Below, in pieces: positions 9,768-21,365 of a stretch of 64,000 bases of DNA. Source of the DNA: Rubripirellula sp. (GTDB taxonomy: Bacteria; Planctomycetota; Planctomycetia; Pirellulales; Pirellulaceae); contig OZ244207.1 in assembly GCA_965216875.1 (NCBI GenBank), forward strand, positions 1,984,001-2,048,000. Reading direction: 5' to 3'. The notes under the pieces were generated by a model, which did no database searches, was not told the origin of the DNA, and was given only the letters and a program-made list of their open reading frames with translations. Numbering within the stretch: the stretch's first letter is position 1; every line of letters starts with the position of its first letter. A program made the position numbers and the translations under genes.

Positions 9768-11345
9768 ATGAAACCTCTTCGCGCGCTCCTCTGCTTTGCT
9801 TTGGTTGCGGTTACGGCGCATAACGCCGTAGCCGACCGACCCAACATCCTGTTCATCATGTCTGATGACCACGCTTGCAACGCGATCAGTGCGTACGGCG
9901 GGCGGTTGGCCCAGGTCGCCCCCACCCCCAATATCGATCGCCTCGCCAAGGAAGGTGTGCGATTCGACAAGTGCTTCGTCACCAACTCGATTTGTACGCC
10001 AAGTCGAGCGGTGATATTGTCCGGACAGCACTCGCATCTCAACACCGTTCGAACACTCAATGACGCATTCCCTGGACCAGAATCGGGCACGCCCAACGTA
10101 GCTGACATTTTGCGACGCTCGGGCTACGAAACCGCATTGATTGGCAAGTGGCACCTGCGATCCGCACCTTGGGGATTTGACTACTGGAAAGTGGGGCCTG
10201 GGCAAGGCAAGTATCACGATCCGGTGTTCATCACTTCCACCGATGGCGTCGAATATTCCTCGCGACCTCGAGCGCGGTCCAAGCGAACGCCAGGGTATTA
10301 CACCGACCTGATCACCGACGATGCGATTGAGTGGTTGCGAACGCGTGATGACGACAAGCCCTTCTTTTTAATGCTGCACCACAAGGCTCCGCACGGAAAG
10401 TGGGAGCCGGCTGAGCGACACAAGGACTACCTAGCGGATGTCGAAATCCCTGAACCTGCCACCCTGTGGGAAGACTTTTCGCATCGTTCGGATGCCACGC
10501 GAGAGATGGGAACCTCGATCACCAATCGACTAGCGCCGCGGCGAACAATGGTCGCGGATGTGCAGAAGTCAGATTGGCCCGCGGGCTCGGTCGACATGAC
10601 CGGGATGACACAAACCGAAAAGAACAGAGCCGCTTACCAGAAGTACCTTCACGATTACCTTGGCTGCGTGAAAGCCGTTGACGAAAACGTCGGCCGAGTA
10701 CTGGACCATCTCGACCAATCGGGCCTGAGCGACAACACGCTCGTCGTTTACACCTCCGACCAAGGCATGTTCCTGGGTGAACATGATTACTTTGACAAGC
10801 GTTGGATCTATGAGGAATGTTTGCGGATGCCATTGCTGTTGCGTTTGCCGGGGAAGATCGCTCCGGGCTCGGTCAACAGCACCCACCTGGTATCGAACCT
10901 TGATTTTGCGCAAACCCTTCTCGATGTTGCCGGCGTGCAAGACGCGCCTGAGTTGTCGGTGATGCAAGGCGAGAGTTTCAAGCCTCTGCTCCACGGACAA
11001 ACGCCCAAGCAGTGGCGCACTGCCGTCTACTATCGCTACTGGATGCATCTTGCACATCACAACATCCCGGCACATTACGGTATCCGCGATGCACGCTACA
11101 AACTCGTCTTCTTTTATGCATTGCCACTGGATGCGAATCTCGGTAGAGGTAACTTCGGCCCGACCACGCCGGGATGGGAGCTTTACGATTTGCAAAAGGA
11201 CCCAAACGAAATCAACAACGTCTACGGGAACTCCGAATACAAAGAAGTTGTCATGCGTTTGAAGGAACAGCTCCAGGGGCTTAAGCAGACTTACGGCGAC
11301 ACCGACGATGCCTATCCCAAGTTGCTCGAGCGACTCAAAAAGTAG
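9768..11345 (+). CDS. Secreted sulfatase (S1 family)
   Basis: RPNILFIMSDDH, CTPSR, GKWHL, YTSDQG and ELYDL motifs. Confidence 0.93.
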   Translation: MKPLRALLCFALVAVTAHNAVADRPNILFIMSDDHACNAISAYGGRLAQVAPTPNIDRLAKEGVRFDKCFVTNSICTPSRAVILSGQHSHLNTVRTLNDAFPGPESGTPNVADILRRSGYETALIGKWHLRSAPWGFDYWKVGPGQGKYHDPVFITSTDGVEYSSRPRARSKRTPGYYTDLITDDAIEWLRTRDDDKPFFLMLHHKAPHGKWEPAERHKDYLADVEIPEPATLWEDFSHRSDATREMGTSITNRLAPRRTMVADVQKSDWPAGSVDMTGMTQTEKNRAAYQKYLHDYLGCVKAVDENVGRVLDHLDQSGLSDNTLVVYTSDQGMFLGEHDYFDKRWIYEECLRMPLLLRLPGKIAPGSVNSTHLVSNLDFAQTLLDVAGVQDAPELSVMQGESFKPLLHGQTPKQWRTAVYYRYWMHLAHHNIPAHYGIRDARYKLVFFYALPLDANLGRGNFGPTTPGWELYDLQKDPNEINNVYGNSEYKEVVMRLKEQLQGLKQTYGDTDDAYPKLLERLKK

Positions 11346-11365
11346 GGTGTGTGCTTGCACGCACC
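11342..11365 (+). repeat. Single GTAG-type REP overlapping the sulfatase stop codon
   Basis: GTAGGGTGTGTGCTTGCACGCACC, in which the TAG is the stop codon. Confidence 0.85.
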
Positions 11366-11497
11366 AGTGCTGCCATCGTCCCGACTTTTGGGCGATCCTG
11401 CACGAAGAATCCGGCTCAAGCTCGGAACTGGCGGCAGAAGCGAACCATCCCTGGAAAGATGGCGGAAAGCACCTTAGGACTTTTTAAGGGATTCTAT

Positions 11498-11526
11498 TTG
11501 CCCTTTGGTGGACATCGACCTAGAAT
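11498..11526 (+). promoter_or_regulatory. Putative sigma70-like promoter of the beta-oxidation operon
   Basis: TTGCCC, 17 nt, TAGAAT. Confidence 0.45.
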
Positions 11527-11868
11527 AGAGTGCAGGCGGGGAAGAGGCGAATTCGGCTCGGTTTTCCGCTTCTTCTTTGCTGCCGCGTCCTGCCACTCCT
11601 TATCTCTCGCAGGTCGCAATCATATGCAGGGGATCATTATTGGCTGATTCGAGCCGACAGCCCACCGGCGGCGTCGCCGACTGGTGAACATTTAGGTCCG
11701 AATCAAGCAGCTTTTTGAAGCCCTTTTTTAAGGTCATCGCTGGAGTTGCGCGCTTTCGGCCGCTCACCACGACTCGCCACGCTTCCGTAAGGGATTGGAC
11801 GCCTCGTCAACGTTTGACAGGTGCCAGGTTCACGGATGAATGCTCCGCTTCAAACAGGGAGTCGGCTG

Positions 11869-13599
11869 ATGAGTCAGGTCATCCATCCGCAACAACGCAA
11901 CCGATTCGCTCAACGTGCATCCTCGCAGCACGCTCAAGCGAGCGACCAGCCTAAAGGTATTGAATCGTTTCGTGATCTGCCAGCGTTCGCGCTTTTGCAG
12001 CATGCTGCGGAAGCGTTGCCTGATCGCGAGGCAGTCGTGTATGGCGACAAACAATGGACCTTTAGCGACATCAACGATCAAAGCGTCAAGTGTGCGGCAA
12101 TGCTGCAACAACTTGGCATTCGATATGGCGATCGTGTCGGTTTGTTGTTGCCAAACGTTCCTGAATACATCATCGCAGCCAATGGCGTATGGCGTGCGGG
12201 CGGTGTCGCGATCGCAATCAGTCCGTTGATGGTTGCTGAAGAGGTGGAAGCACTCCTGGCAAGCACTCAATGTCGAACGGTCGTTTGTCTCGACATGCTT
12301 TCGCACTTGGTGCCTGATGAACCGCGTTACCAGAAGCTGTTGGTTTCGATCCGCGATCACCTCCCTGCACTGCATCAAATCGGATACCTCTGGGCTAGGC
12401 ATAGTCGCACTGGTTCGTGGACGCTTCCGGAGTCCGAGCGAACACTTTGGTTCTGGGAGAACATGAAACGCGTCGAGCGCAACTGGCAGCCGATCACGCT
12501 TCGCCCGGCAACCGATCCGGCCTACATCATTCCGACTGGCGGGACGACCGCGGCCCCGAAAGCGGTCACGCTTAGCCACGAAAACTTGGTTGCAAACGCT
12601 TGGCAACAATACGAATGGACCGAACGTTCCTTTGGCGAAGAGAAGATGGTCGGCGTCTTGCCGTTCTTCCACAGTTATGGGATGTCGGCGACGGTGATGG
12701 CAGGAACAGCGATGGGAGCAACGCTGCTGCTACATCATCGCTTTAACACTCGACAGACGATTCGGATGATCGCCGAGCATCGTCCAACGGTGTTTCATGC
12801 CGTTCCTGCGATGCTTGACGCGATGAACCAACGCTTACGCTCGCACCCCTGTGACCTAAGCAGTTTGCGATGGGTGATTTCCGGTGGCGCTCCGCTTGAC
12901 GAAGCCATTGGGGCTGAGTTCGCCGAGCACACTGGCGCTTTGGTCGTCGAAGGCTATGGACTCTCAGAAGCCTCGCCCGTGACCCACGTTGGCCATCTGT
13001 TTCGTAGCCCCAGCTACGGATCGATCGGTATGGCTTTGCCGAAAACCGATTGCCGCATCGTTGACCAGTCGAACGAATCACATGCCGTTGACGTGCCTCG
13101 AGGCGAGGTCGGTGAACTAATCGTACGCGGGCCTCAGGTCATGCTCGGCTATTGGAACAACGAACAAGCGACCAAAGGCGCGATACGCGACGGCTGGCTG
13201 CACACCGGTGACTTGGCGATTCGACGCGGTGATCACTACGAGATCGTTGGTCGCAAAAAGGACTTGATCATCACGTCGGGCTTCAATGTCTATCCCTGCG
13301 AAGTTGAGTCTGTCTTGCGTGACTGCGAACTCGTTCTCGACGCGGCGGTGGTCGGTTTGCCGGATCGTCGTCGCGGAGAACTGGTCAAGGCATTTGTCGT
13401 TCTGCGTCCCGGAGCCACCTGGGATGAGGAGCAGTTGCATGCACATTGCTGCCAGCATCTTTCCAAGCACAAACGACCCAAGTTATTCGAACGTTGCGAA
13501 GGTGACTTGCCTCGTAATTTCCTGGGCAAGGTGATTCGACGTCGCCTGCGAGAACAACAACCCGAACCCACCACGGACATGAAGAAGGAGGACAAGTGA
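11869..13599 (+). CDS. fadD: Long-chain fatty acid--CoA ligase
   Basis: AMP-binding motifs PTGGTTAAPK, EGYGLSEA, WLHTGD and GRKKDLII. RBS AGGGAG precedes ATG 11869. Confidence 0.88.
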   Translation: MSQVIHPQQRNRFAQRASSQHAQASDQPKGIESFRDLPAFALLQHAAEALPDREAVVYGDKQWTFSDINDQSVKCAAMLQQLGIRYGDRVGLLLPNVPEYIIAANGVWRAGGVAIAISPLMVAEEVEALLASTQCRTVVCLDMLSHLVPDEPRYQKLLVSIRDHLPALHQIGYLWARHSRTGSWTLPESERTLWFWENMKRVERNWQPITLRPATDPAYIIPTGGTTAAPKAVTLSHENLVANAWQQYEWTERSFGEEKMVGVLPFFHSYGMSATVMAGTAMGATLLLHHRFNTRQTIRMIAEHRPTVFHAVPAMLDAMNQRLRSHPCDLSSLRWVISGGAPLDEAIGAEFAEHTGALVVEGYGLSEASPVTHVGHLFRSPSYGSIGMALPKTDCRIVDQSNESHAVDVPRGEVGELIVRGPQVMLGYWNNEQATKGAIRDGWLHTGDLAIRRGDHYEIVGRKKDLIITSGFNVYPCEVESVLRDCELVLDAAVVGLPDRRRGELVKAFVVLRPGATWDEEQLHAHCCQHLSKHKRPKLFERCEGDLPRNFLGKVIRRRLREQQPEPTTDMKKEDK

Positions 13600-14882
13600 T
13601 GAGTCAAAAAAAACGTATAGCTGTGGTGACGGGGACTCGGACGCCACAAACAAAGGCATTCACATCGCAAGCCACATTGTCGGCGGTCGACCTTGGCGCG
13701 CACGTTGTTGAGGAGGTGATCAAAAAGGCCGGGCTCGCCAAGGCCGACGTCGACGAAGTGATCATGGGTAACGTTTCGGGGCCACCGGATGCCGCAAACG
13801 TCGCTCGCGTCATCGCACTGACGGCGGGGATTCCCGAAGACAAGGTCGCACACACCGTCAACCGTAACTGCGCCTCAGGGATGGAGTCGCTGTTGGGCGG
13901 TTGGCAATCGATTTCGAGTGGACGCGCAGACATCGTCGTCGCGGGTGGCTCCGAATCGATGTCGAACATTCCGCTACTGTTCAACAAGGAGGCGACTGCG
14001 CTGTGGCTAAAACTCGCTCGCGCAAAAACGATGGGACAGCGACTGGGCATCATCGCATCGATGCGCCCTCGACACTTCAAGCCGGTCATCGGAGTTGAAC
14101 TGGGCCTGACCGATCCGGTCTCAGGTCTCAACATGGGCGAAACAGCCGAAGTGCTCGCTACCGATTTTGGCATCACCCGTGGGCAACAGGATCAATTTGC
14201 CCTCGAGAGTCACCAGAAAGGCGAAGCGGCTCAAAAGAAGTGTTTTCTGTCAGGCGAGATTTCGCCGATCGAAGTTCGTGGCGAAACGATCGATAAGGAC
14301 AACGCCGTTCGCTACGGCCAGACACTCGAAGCGCTGGCGAAGCTGCGCCCGATTTTCAAACGCGATGGCACGGTAACGCCCGGCAACAGCTGCCCGTTGA
14401 CCGACGGAGCAGCAGCAGTCGTGCTTGCCAAGGAAGAACATCTGGATCGGTTTCAGTTGCCGCCGATGGGCTACATCTCAAGCTACGCGATTGCGGGTTG
14501 TGATCCCAAACGCATGGGTCTCGGTCCGGTCTATGCGACCGCCAAACTCCTCAAGCAGACAGGGATGACGATCGATGATTTTGACTTGATCGAAATCAAC
14601 GAAGCATTCGCCGCTCAGGTCATTGCCTGCGCCCGAGCGATGGAATCGAAGTCGTTCGCACAAGAGCATCTCGGTCAATCGGAACCTGTGGGCTCGATGC
14701 CGATGGACCGTGTGAACGTTCACGGCGGTGCAATCGCTCTCGGTCATCCGGTTGGGACGACCGGTACACGACTGATCCTGACATTGATGCGTGCGCTAAA
14801 AGCAAACGGCAAGCAACGCGGGTTAGCAACGCTCTGCGTTGGTGGTGGCCAGGGCGTTGCGATGGTGGTCGAGGTGGAATGA
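13596..14882 (+). CDS. fadI: Acetyl-CoA C-acyltransferase (thiolase, FadA/FadI-like)
   Basis: NRNCASG, NEAFA, GHPVG and LCVGGGQG thiolase motifs, with start/stop overlap on both sides. Confidence 0.88.
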   Translation: MMSQKKRIAVVTGTRTPQTKAFTSQATLSAVDLGAHVVEEVIKKAGLAKADVDEVIMGNVSGPPDAANVARVIALTAGIPEDKVAHTVNRNCASGMESLLGGWQSISSGRADIVVAGGSESMSNIPLLFNKEATALWLKLARAKTMGQRLGIIASMRPRHFKPVIGVELGLTDPVSGLNMGETAEVLATDFGITRGQQDQFALESHQKGEAAQKKCFLSGEISPIEVRGETIDKDNAVRYGQTLEALAKLRPIFKRDGTVTPGNSCPLTDGAAAVVLAKEEHLDRFQLPPMGYISSYAIAGCDPKRMGLGPVYATAKLLKQTGMTIDDFDLIEINEAFAAQVIACARAMESKSFAQEHLGQSEPVGSMPMDRVNVHGGAIALGHPVGTTGTRLILTLMRALKANGKQRGLATLCVGGGQGVAMVVEVE

Positions 14883-17101
14883 AAAGGAACGAGGCAAAGA
14901 AGATGAATCAGAAAACCTATACCAATTTCGAATTGGTCGTCGATCTACGCGGTGTGATGACGGTAACACTCGATGTTCCCGGACGCCCGATGAACGTCCT
15001 TGATCACGATGTGATGAAGGAACTGCAACAGATCATCCACGACTTGGAAGAAAGCGATGAAATCAAGTTAGTGGTGTTTCGCAGTGGCAAGGAAAGTGGC
15101 TTCTTGGCTGGTGCCGACGTGAGCGTCATTGCATCGATCGAATCGGGAAAGGAAGCAGGCCAATTGATCGAGCAAGGCCAACTCTTGTTCCAACGTATCG
15201 AGTGGTTGCCCATGCCGACGCTTGCCGTCATCCATGGGCCTTGTATGGGTGGTGGTTTGGAATGGTCACTCTCATGCACTCACCGGGTCGCACATGACAA
15301 CGAATCGACAAAATTAGCGTTGCCCGAGATCAAACTTGGTTTGATTCCTGGGTGGGGCGGAACTCAACGTTTGCCAAAACGCGTCGGGTTGTCCCAAGCG
15401 TTGCCGATGATCTTGTCCGGAAAGCCCGCCGATGCCAAACGCGCCGAGCGAATTGGTTTGATCGATCGCGCCCTCGCACCAGAGCATTGGGACGAGCAGC
15501 TCTCGCAGGTGATTGACACCATCCTCGCAGGCCGCGACCCAGCGAAGTCCGCGACGAAAAAGGGGATCGTCAAGCGGCTTCTCGACCAAACGCCGATTGG
15601 ACGTGCGCTGGTTTTCCGAACCGCCGAGAAATCGATTCGAAAGAAGCGTGACCAATACCCCGCGCTTGATTCGGCGCTCAAAGCGATCCGCGAAGGTTAC
15701 ATGCCCGGACCAGGCGGCTACTCCTGCGAACGCATCGAGTTTGTCAAGTTGCTCGCGACGCCCACCTGCCGGCATCTCCTCGATCTGTTTTTCTCACGCG
15801 AACGTGCTCGACGCCTCAAGACGTGGGCCACCGACGGTGCGCAAATTGCGCACGATGCGCCGACTCAGCGAATGGGTGTGATCGGTGCCGGCGCAATGGG
15901 CGCCGGCATCGGTCAACTTGCGGCCGTGCGGGGCTTCGACGTCATTATTAAAGAGGTCAACGAGGACACTGCAGCTGCAGGTCGACACCGTATTGAAAAA
16001 CTGATCGGCGATCTCGCCAAACGAAAGCGCTGGAGCGAGAGACAGCGTGAGGCGATGCTCGCGAAAGTCGATTTGACGATTGAGGATGAACGTCTCGCCG
16101 ACTGCGATCTCGTGGTCGAGGCGGTTGTTGAACGCCCCGATGTCAAAGAGTCGGTTTTCGCGATGCTTGATGCGGTCACGAAACCATCAGCCATCCTCGC
16201 CAGCAACACTTCGTCGCTGTCTGTCTCGCAGATGGCGAAAGCGACAAAACGCAAAACGTTGGTGGCCGGTCTGCACTTTTTCAACCCAGTGCACCGCATG
16301 GAACTGGTCGAAGTCGTGCGGGCCAAAGAGACAAGTCCCGAAACGGTCGCCCGCTTGGTCGCTTTCGTTCGCGCCTTGGGTAAGACGCCCGTGGTCACTT
16401 CAGACTCTCCGGGTTTCTTAGTCAACCGAGTCCTGTTTCCCTACTTGGGTGAAGCGGTGTTGATGGTGATGGAAGGCCACGACGTTGCGACGATTGACCA
16501 GGAAGTGCGCCGCTTCGGAATGCCGATGGGGCCGCTTGAGTTACTCGATCAAGTAGGAATTGATGTTGGTTTGCATGTCGCCGGGACGCTTGACGGCATC
16601 CTGCCGGGACTCGCGCCCGTTGCCGCCTACTTGGAAACGATGGTCGAGGCGGGCCAGATCGGCAGAAAGTCTGGCAAAGGCTTCTATGAGTACGTGAAAG
16701 GCAAAAAGGGGAAGGTAGCCGATCTGCCGGTCCATCAGACGCAAGTCGAATCGTCAAATCGAATCCGTTTCGACGACGACGGGCTGACCCACGTCCAACG
16801 ACGTCTCGTCTACCCGATGCTCTGTGAATCAGTTCGCTGCCTCGAAGAGGACGTCGTGACGCAACCTTGGGCCATTGATTTGGCCATGGTGCTCGGAACC
16901 GGATTCGCACCGCATCATGGCGGTCCGTTGCACCTGATCGATCTGATTGGTCTTCGTACCGTTGTTGAAAACGTCGACCGCCTGCGTCTCGATCTGGGGG
17001 ATCGATTCGCGTGTCCCGAGCAACTGCTGCGGATGGCCGATCGCGGCCAAACGTTTTTTGGTGACGGCTCGGGCGCTACACAGCTCAGTGAATCGAAATG
17101 A
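14879..17101 (+). CDS. fadJ: Fatty acid oxidation complex subunit alpha (enoyl-CoA hydratase / 3-hydroxyacyl-CoA dehydrogenase)
   Basis: [32 protein letters not shown] and GLHFFNPV. Confidence 0.9.
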   Translation: MKRNEAKKMNQKTYTNFELVVDLRGVMTVTLDVPGRPMNVLDHDVMKELQQIIHDLEESDEIKLVVFRSGKESGFLAGADVSVIASIESGKEAGQLIEQGQLLFQRIEWLPMPTLAVIHGPCMGGGLEWSLSCTHRVAHDNESTKLALPEIKLGLIPGWGGTQRLPKRVGLSQALPMILSGKPADAKRAERIGLIDRALAPEHWDEQLSQVIDTILAGRDPAKSATKKGIVKRLLDQTPIGRALVFRTAEKSIRKKRDQYPALDSALKAIREGYMPGPGGYSCERIEFVKLLATPTCRHLLDLFFSRERARRLKTWATDGAQIAHDAPTQRMGVIGAGAMGAGIGQLAAVRGFDVIIKEVNEDTAAAGRHRIEKLIGDLAKRKRWSERQREAMLAKVDLTIEDERLADCDLVVEAVVERPDVKESVFAMLDAVTKPSAILASNTSSLSVSQMAKATKRKTLVAGLHFFNPVHRMELVEVVRAKETSPETVARLVAFVRALGKTPVVTSDSPGFLVNRVLFPYLGEAVLMVMEGHDVATIDQEVRRFGMPMGPLELLDQVGIDVGLHVAGTLDGILPGLAPVAAYLETMVEAGQIGRKSGKGFYEYVKGKKGKVADLPVHQTQVESSNRIRFDDDGLTHVQRRLVYPMLCESVRCLEEDVVTQPWAIDLAMVLGTGFAPHHGGPLHLIDLIGLRTVVENVDRLRLDLGDRFACPEQLLRMADRGQTFFGDGSGATQLSESK

Positions 17102-17148
17102 CGCGCCGCCATCCCACGCCCAATCACCCGCTCGAAAAGGAGATTGTT

Positions 17149-19119
17149 ATGAGTCTTGATGTTGATCTTCGTAAGAACGACGACGAACGAAAGCCGGAAA
17201 AGCCGCAAGCGGTTCCTTCACAGGAAACAAGGACAGACGACAACCAATCGTTTGCTGAAGTTGCGCTGCGTCTCGGAGGAGCGTCAGCGGATGAAGCGAA
17301 ACGAACCGGAGTGGTCGACACCGCTGACGATCAAGTCGAGAGTCTTTTTGCGCCTCAATACAAGACCGTCAACAGTCCTGCGCATCGCGCTGTCTGGGAC
17401 CACGCGGTTCCGAGTGAACTTTTCTATTGTGCTCCAGCTACGCCATCGAAGGTGATCGCGGGAGTTGTCAACAAGTCACTTGACGTGGTCCGAAGTCATC
17501 GGGATCGCGGCACGCTCCTGAATAACCATGGCAAGATTGACGATCAAGTCATTGCCGAATTAGGCGCTGCTGGCTACTGGGGAATGCTTGTGGATGCCGA
17601 GTACGGCGGGAGCGGCGCGTCGATGCGACACTTTTCGAGAATGATCACGCAGATGGCGACGATCGATCCGACGGTGGCAGGGTTGGCCTCGGTGCACGGT
17701 TGCATCGGCGCGGTTGATCCCGTGCGTTCGTTCGGATCGGCGGAACAGCGACGTCGCTTCTTGCCAAAGCTTGCTGACGGCACAAAACTCTCGGCATTCG
17801 CGTTGACCGAACCGGGGGCTGGTAGCGACTTGACCGCGCTCAAGACGACGGCAGTGCTCGATGGCGATCACTACGTCGTTAATGGTGAAAAACTCTTTAT
17901 CACCAACGCGATTCCGGGCCGAACGATCGGTTTGGTTTGCAAAATCGACGGAAAGCCAAGCGTGTTGGTTGTCGATTTGCCCGAGGTTGAAAACGAGAAC
18001 TTCCATCTCAACCGTTACGGGCTCTACGCACTGCGCCGAGCTCATAACAACGGGCTTGTCTTCAACAACTTTCGCGTGCCAAAAGAGAACTTGCTTACCC
18101 CGGCACTCGGCGATGGTTTGACGATTGCCTACCACGGATTGAACCTCGGACGCGTCGCGTTGTGCGCAAACGCAGCGGGAACGATGCGTTGGATGTTGGC
18201 TGAAATGTTGCCTTGGGCCGAATACCGCGAGACCTATGGCCAAGCGATTGACAAACGGGAACTGGTGCGGCGACGCGTCGGACGACTTGCTGGCCTGATC
18301 GTCGCTTGCGACGCACTCACTCAATGGTGCGCCGGCCTGATTGACCAAGGCTACCGCGGCGAGATGGAGTGCATCATTGCCAAAATCTTTGGCAGCGAAG
18401 CCCAGAAAGAGGCTGCAATCGAGCTGTTCATGAAAACGCATGGCGGGCGATCCTTTCTTGAAGGTCACTTGTTTGGTGACAACGTTCATGAATTCCTTGC
18501 GCCGTGCATTTACGAAGGAGAAGGTGAAATGCTGGGGATGGCGTTCTTCAAATCGCTCGTCAAGCAGCATGGCAAGGATTATTTCGAACCGATCGGGCGA
18601 ACCTTGTCGGAGCTGGAGGTGCGAAAGCCAAATCTGGCAAACCCAGCGCACCTATGGGCGCTGCGCAAACCGATGGCTCGCTACGGCACCTGGTTCGCCA
18701 AACAGATCGTCGTTGGATCGAGTTGGACGTCGCTGCCCAACATGCCTTCTGAATTGAAGGTCCATGCCAGGTTCGCGCAAAAGCAACTCTCCAAATCGGC
18801 GATGTCGGTCAGTGGAACGATGCGCAAGCATCAGCTCAAACTTGCGGATCGCCAGTGCCGAATGTCCGAAATCTCAACGACGCTGCAGAACGCGATCGTC
18901 ATGTTAGTGACCAGTCTCTATGCCGCGGAATCGGATGACCCCATCACGATCGCAGCGGCTGATGTCGTTTGCCGCGAACTTCGAGGGAAGATGACCGGCG
19001 AAAAGATGACCGACGCAGACTACCGAAAGGTCACCGAGCTTGGCGGCATGATTGCGGACGAGTCTTGGAGTGAACTGCGAGACGTCACCTCAACAGAAAT
19101 CCTGATGCCCTACAAATGA
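17149..19119 (+). CDS. fadE: Acyl-CoA dehydrogenase
   Basis: [20 protein letters not shown] and IYEGEGE. RBS AAGGAG precedes ATG 17149. Confidence 0.88.
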   Translation: MSLDVDLRKNDDERKPEKPQAVPSQETRTDDNQSFAEVALRLGGASADEAKRTGVVDTADDQVESLFAPQYKTVNSPAHRAVWDHAVPSELFYCAPATPSKVIAGVVNKSLDVVRSHRDRGTLLNNHGKIDDQVIAELGAAGYWGMLVDAEYGGSGASMRHFSRMITQMATIDPTVAGLASVHGCIGAVDPVRSFGSAEQRRRFLPKLADGTKLSAFALTEPGAGSDLTALKTTAVLDGDHYVVNGEKLFITNAIPGRTIGLVCKIDGKPSVLVVDLPEVENENFHLNRYGLYALRRAHNNGLVFNNFRVPKENLLTPALGDGLTIAYHGLNLGRVALCANAAGTMRWMLAEMLPWAEYRETYGQAIDKRELVRRRVGRLAGLIVACDALTQWCAGLIDQGYRGEMECIIAKIFGSEAQKEAAIELFMKTHGGRSFLEGHLFGDNVHEFLAPCIYEGEGEMLGMAFFKSLVKQHGKDYFEPIGRTLSELEVRKPNLANPAHLWALRKPMARYGTWFAKQIVVGSSWTSLPNMPSELKVHARFAQKQLSKSAMSVSGTMRKHQLKLADRQCRMSEISTTLQNAIVMLVTSLYAAESDDPITIAAADVVCRELRGKMTGEKMTDADYRKVTELGGMIADESWSELRDVTSTEILMPYK

Positions 19120-19155
19120 GTTTCCTGATCGAGTTGTTCAAGGATATTCCACACG

Positions 19156-20109
19156 ATGTTGCTAACAGAACTATTCACTTTTTCGAAGGCTGCCCAAGTT
19201 GAGCCAGTTTCGCGTCAGCGTCGCGCATCGATCGCGCTCGGCGGCGGAGGCGCTCGCGGACTTGCACACTTGGGCGTCATGCAAGCGATCGGCGAGTCAG
19301 GAGTTCAAACCGAGCAAATCGTTGGCGTCAGCATGGGAAGTCTGGTCGGCGCACTCTGTGCCGTCGAGTCAGATTTCCAACGCGTGCAGGCGAAAGCGAT
19401 TGAACTTCTGCGCTCGCCGATCTTCCAACTCAAGCAGGAGATGCTATTCGGCGCCGAGATGCCAACTGAAGACGCCGAAGCGTCGGGAAGCTATTTTGCG
19501 TGGTATGGGCGTATCAAGAAGTACTTGGCGACACATCGAAAGCTTTCGCGAGCCGTCACAAGTCCCGCGTTGATGAGCGATCTGCCGCTTGTCGAAGCCG
19601 TTGACTACTTATTGCCCGACATTCAGATTCAAGAGACAGCGACCCCGCTGGCGATTGTTGCGATCGATCTCTACAGCGGTCATCGCGTTGTTTTAGAACA
19701 TGGATCGCTACGCGATGCCGTGCGGGCGTCGATCGCGATTCCTGGGTTTTTCCCGCCCGTACCATGGGGCGACATGTTGTTGTGCGACATCGGCGTCTTT
19801 GATGCGCTACCCGCTGAGCTCGCAAGAACCTATGCGAGTGACCTCACGATTGGTGTCGATGTGGGACAGGAGCATACGTCGATCAATCAATGTGCAACGG
19901 CGCTCGATGTGATGACGCGGATGCAAGATCTCGGGGAACTGATGCTCCGACGGCATACGCTGCAAGCTGCCGACCTGATCATACGCCCCGACGTGGGCAA
20001 CGTCGCTTGGTTCGATTTTCGCGAACCCGAACGATTGATTGAAGCCGGTCGCAAGTCCGCACATCGCGCACTCGCACGCTTTCTGGTTGAGGAGACTCAC
20101 GCGGCCTAG
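19156..20109 (+). CDS. Patatin-like phospholipase
   Basis: LGGGGARG, GVSMG nucleophile elbow, ASIAIPG and CDIG. Confidence 0.88.
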   Translation: MLLTELFTFSKAAQVEPVSRQRRASIALGGGGARGLAHLGVMQAIGESGVQTEQIVGVSMGSLVGALCAVESDFQRVQAKAIELLRSPIFQLKQEMLFGAEMPTEDAEASGSYFAWYGRIKKYLATHRKLSRAVTSPALMSDLPLVEAVDYLLPDIQIQETATPLAIVAIDLYSGHRVVLEHGSLRDAVRASIAIPGFFPPVPWGDMLLCDIGVFDALPAELARTYASDLTIGVDVGQEHTSINQCATALDVMTRMQDLGELMLRRHTLQAADLIIRPDVGNVAWFDFREPERLIEAGRKSAHRALARFLVEETHAA

Positions 20110-20130
20110 AGACCGCTTGGTTCAACAAAC

Positions 20131-20211
20131 GTAGGGTGTGTGCTTGCACGCACCAGCAACAAGTTTCGAGTCGACGGCTGGAGGTTTGGTGCGTGCAAGC
20201 ACACACCCTAC
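20131..20211. repeat. REP doublet (REPIN-like) element 1
   Basis: GTAGGGTGTGTGCTTGCACGCACCA...TGGTGCGTGCAAGCACACACCCTAC, 81 bp. Confidence 0.9.
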
Positions 20212-20231
20212 GCAAACAGCGTGTCGTGGTA

Positions 20232-20600
20232 CTACCAACCGAAGTAGATCCGGTCGGCAACCCAAATCGTCACCAGCGGCGCGGCGGCGATCGACGCAAG
20301 CGAGAGTGTCATCAGCCTGGACCACCACGGAAGCGGACCCGCGAATGTCACGAAGGCACCATGGCTCAGGATGGTGACGCCTGCGAGAATTGGGTTTCGC
20401 AGCACCAACGCAAATTGGGTCGGACCCGCACAGTTCCCGCAGGAGCTGGTCAAGACTCCGCTTGTGATGTCGGGGATCAGAAGAGCGGCCCAAAGGAGAA
20501 GCACCATTTGCATCGTACCGAACCATGACAGCATGGTCGGCATCGGAACATCAAGCTGCGTCTCTTTAAGAGTGCCCCTGTCATCGGGCCGCTGCGCCAT
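20232..20600 (-). CDS. Hypothetical membrane protein (cargo ORF A)
   Basis: 122 aa ORF with about three hydrophobic segments, filling the gap between two REP doublets. Confidence 0.6.
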   Translation of the reverse strand: MAQRPDDRGTLKETQLDVPMPTMLSWFGTMQMVLLLWAALLIPDITSGVLTSSCGNCAGPTQFALVLRNPILAGVTILSHGAFVTFAGPLPWWSRLMTLSLASIAAAPLVTIWVADRIYFGW

Positions 20601-20640
20601 GTCTCAAACCCCAAGAAAGGTGTCAGGACCAATTCTCATT

Positions 20641-20720
20641 GTAGGGTGTGTGCTCGCACGCACCAGCAACCGATTTGGAAGCGATCGTTGGGATTTGGTG
20701 CGTGCAAGCACACACCCTAC
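20641..20720. repeat. REP doublet element 2
   Basis: Same inverted arms with a related spacer beginning CCAGCAAC, 80 bp. Confidence 0.9.
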
Positions 20721-20752
20721 GAAGTGGACCAGAAACAAGGGTGCCAGCTTCT

Positions 20753-21250
20753 CTACGCGTTGAGAAAGTCCCACAATCGCAGCGACACTCGGTCGGAATC
20801 TTCGGATAGGTGTTGCCTGAGGACAGATTTCCATTCATCGAGAGATTCGGGGGTGTACCCAACCGGAGCGGTGGTCATCGAATGCCATCTGCCTGTGAAG
20901 AAGCCACGATCGAGTGGCGGAAAATCGATCAAGATGAGATCGCGGTTTCCAAATGGGAGTATTCTTCGAACCTTTCTTGTACCGCGTTTCATTTGCCATG
21001 CGCGGCCGACTCGAAAGTGGCAATCGCCGAGTCTCGAGCGCAGTTTCCAAGAGCCCCAGGTGAGTTCGAGGTGCGAATTCGCGAAGGCGACGACCGGCAA
21101 TGAACTGCGGTTTGCCAGCAGCAGCGGTCCCTGCTTCCAAAGCTCAAAAAGGTGTTCCGGTATGGATTCAACGATCTTAATCTGCCGGGCCGGTCGTTCG
21201 CTCAAAATGGTTGCTCCCAATGAACAGTAATAGTCACCCATTAGGCACAT
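20753..21250 (-). CDS. Hypothetical protein (cargo ORF B)
   Basis: About 165 aa ORF filling the inter-repeat gap. The start was trimmed to lie outside element 3. Confidence 0.5.
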   Translation of the reverse strand: MCLMGDYYCSLGATILSERPARQIKIVESIPEHLFELWKQGPLLLANRSSLPVVAFANSHLELTWGSWKLRSRLGDCHFRVGRAWQMKRGTRKVRRILPFGNRDLILIDFPPLDRGFFTGRWHSMTTAPVGYTPESLDEWKSVLRQHLSEDSDRVSLRLWDFLNA

Positions 21251-21278
21251 TCGAGTCCGCAAGGCGGCGCCCTTTTCT

Positions 21279-21360
21279 GTAGGGTGTGTGCTCGCACGCA
21301 CCAGCAACAGTTTTCGATTCGACTGCAGGAGGTCTTGGTGCGTGCAAGCACACACCCTAC
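21279..21360. repeat. REP doublet element 3
   Basis: Same inverted arms, 82 bp. Confidence 0.9.
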
Positions 21361-21365
21361 GCAAG

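Noticed and set aside
17560..18651. Long antisense ORFs (this one, 7728-8675, 30869-31753, 53292-54251, 54407-55378 and others)
   Set aside because: They are shadows of well-supported opposite-strand genes in GC-rich DNA and have no recognisable motifs.
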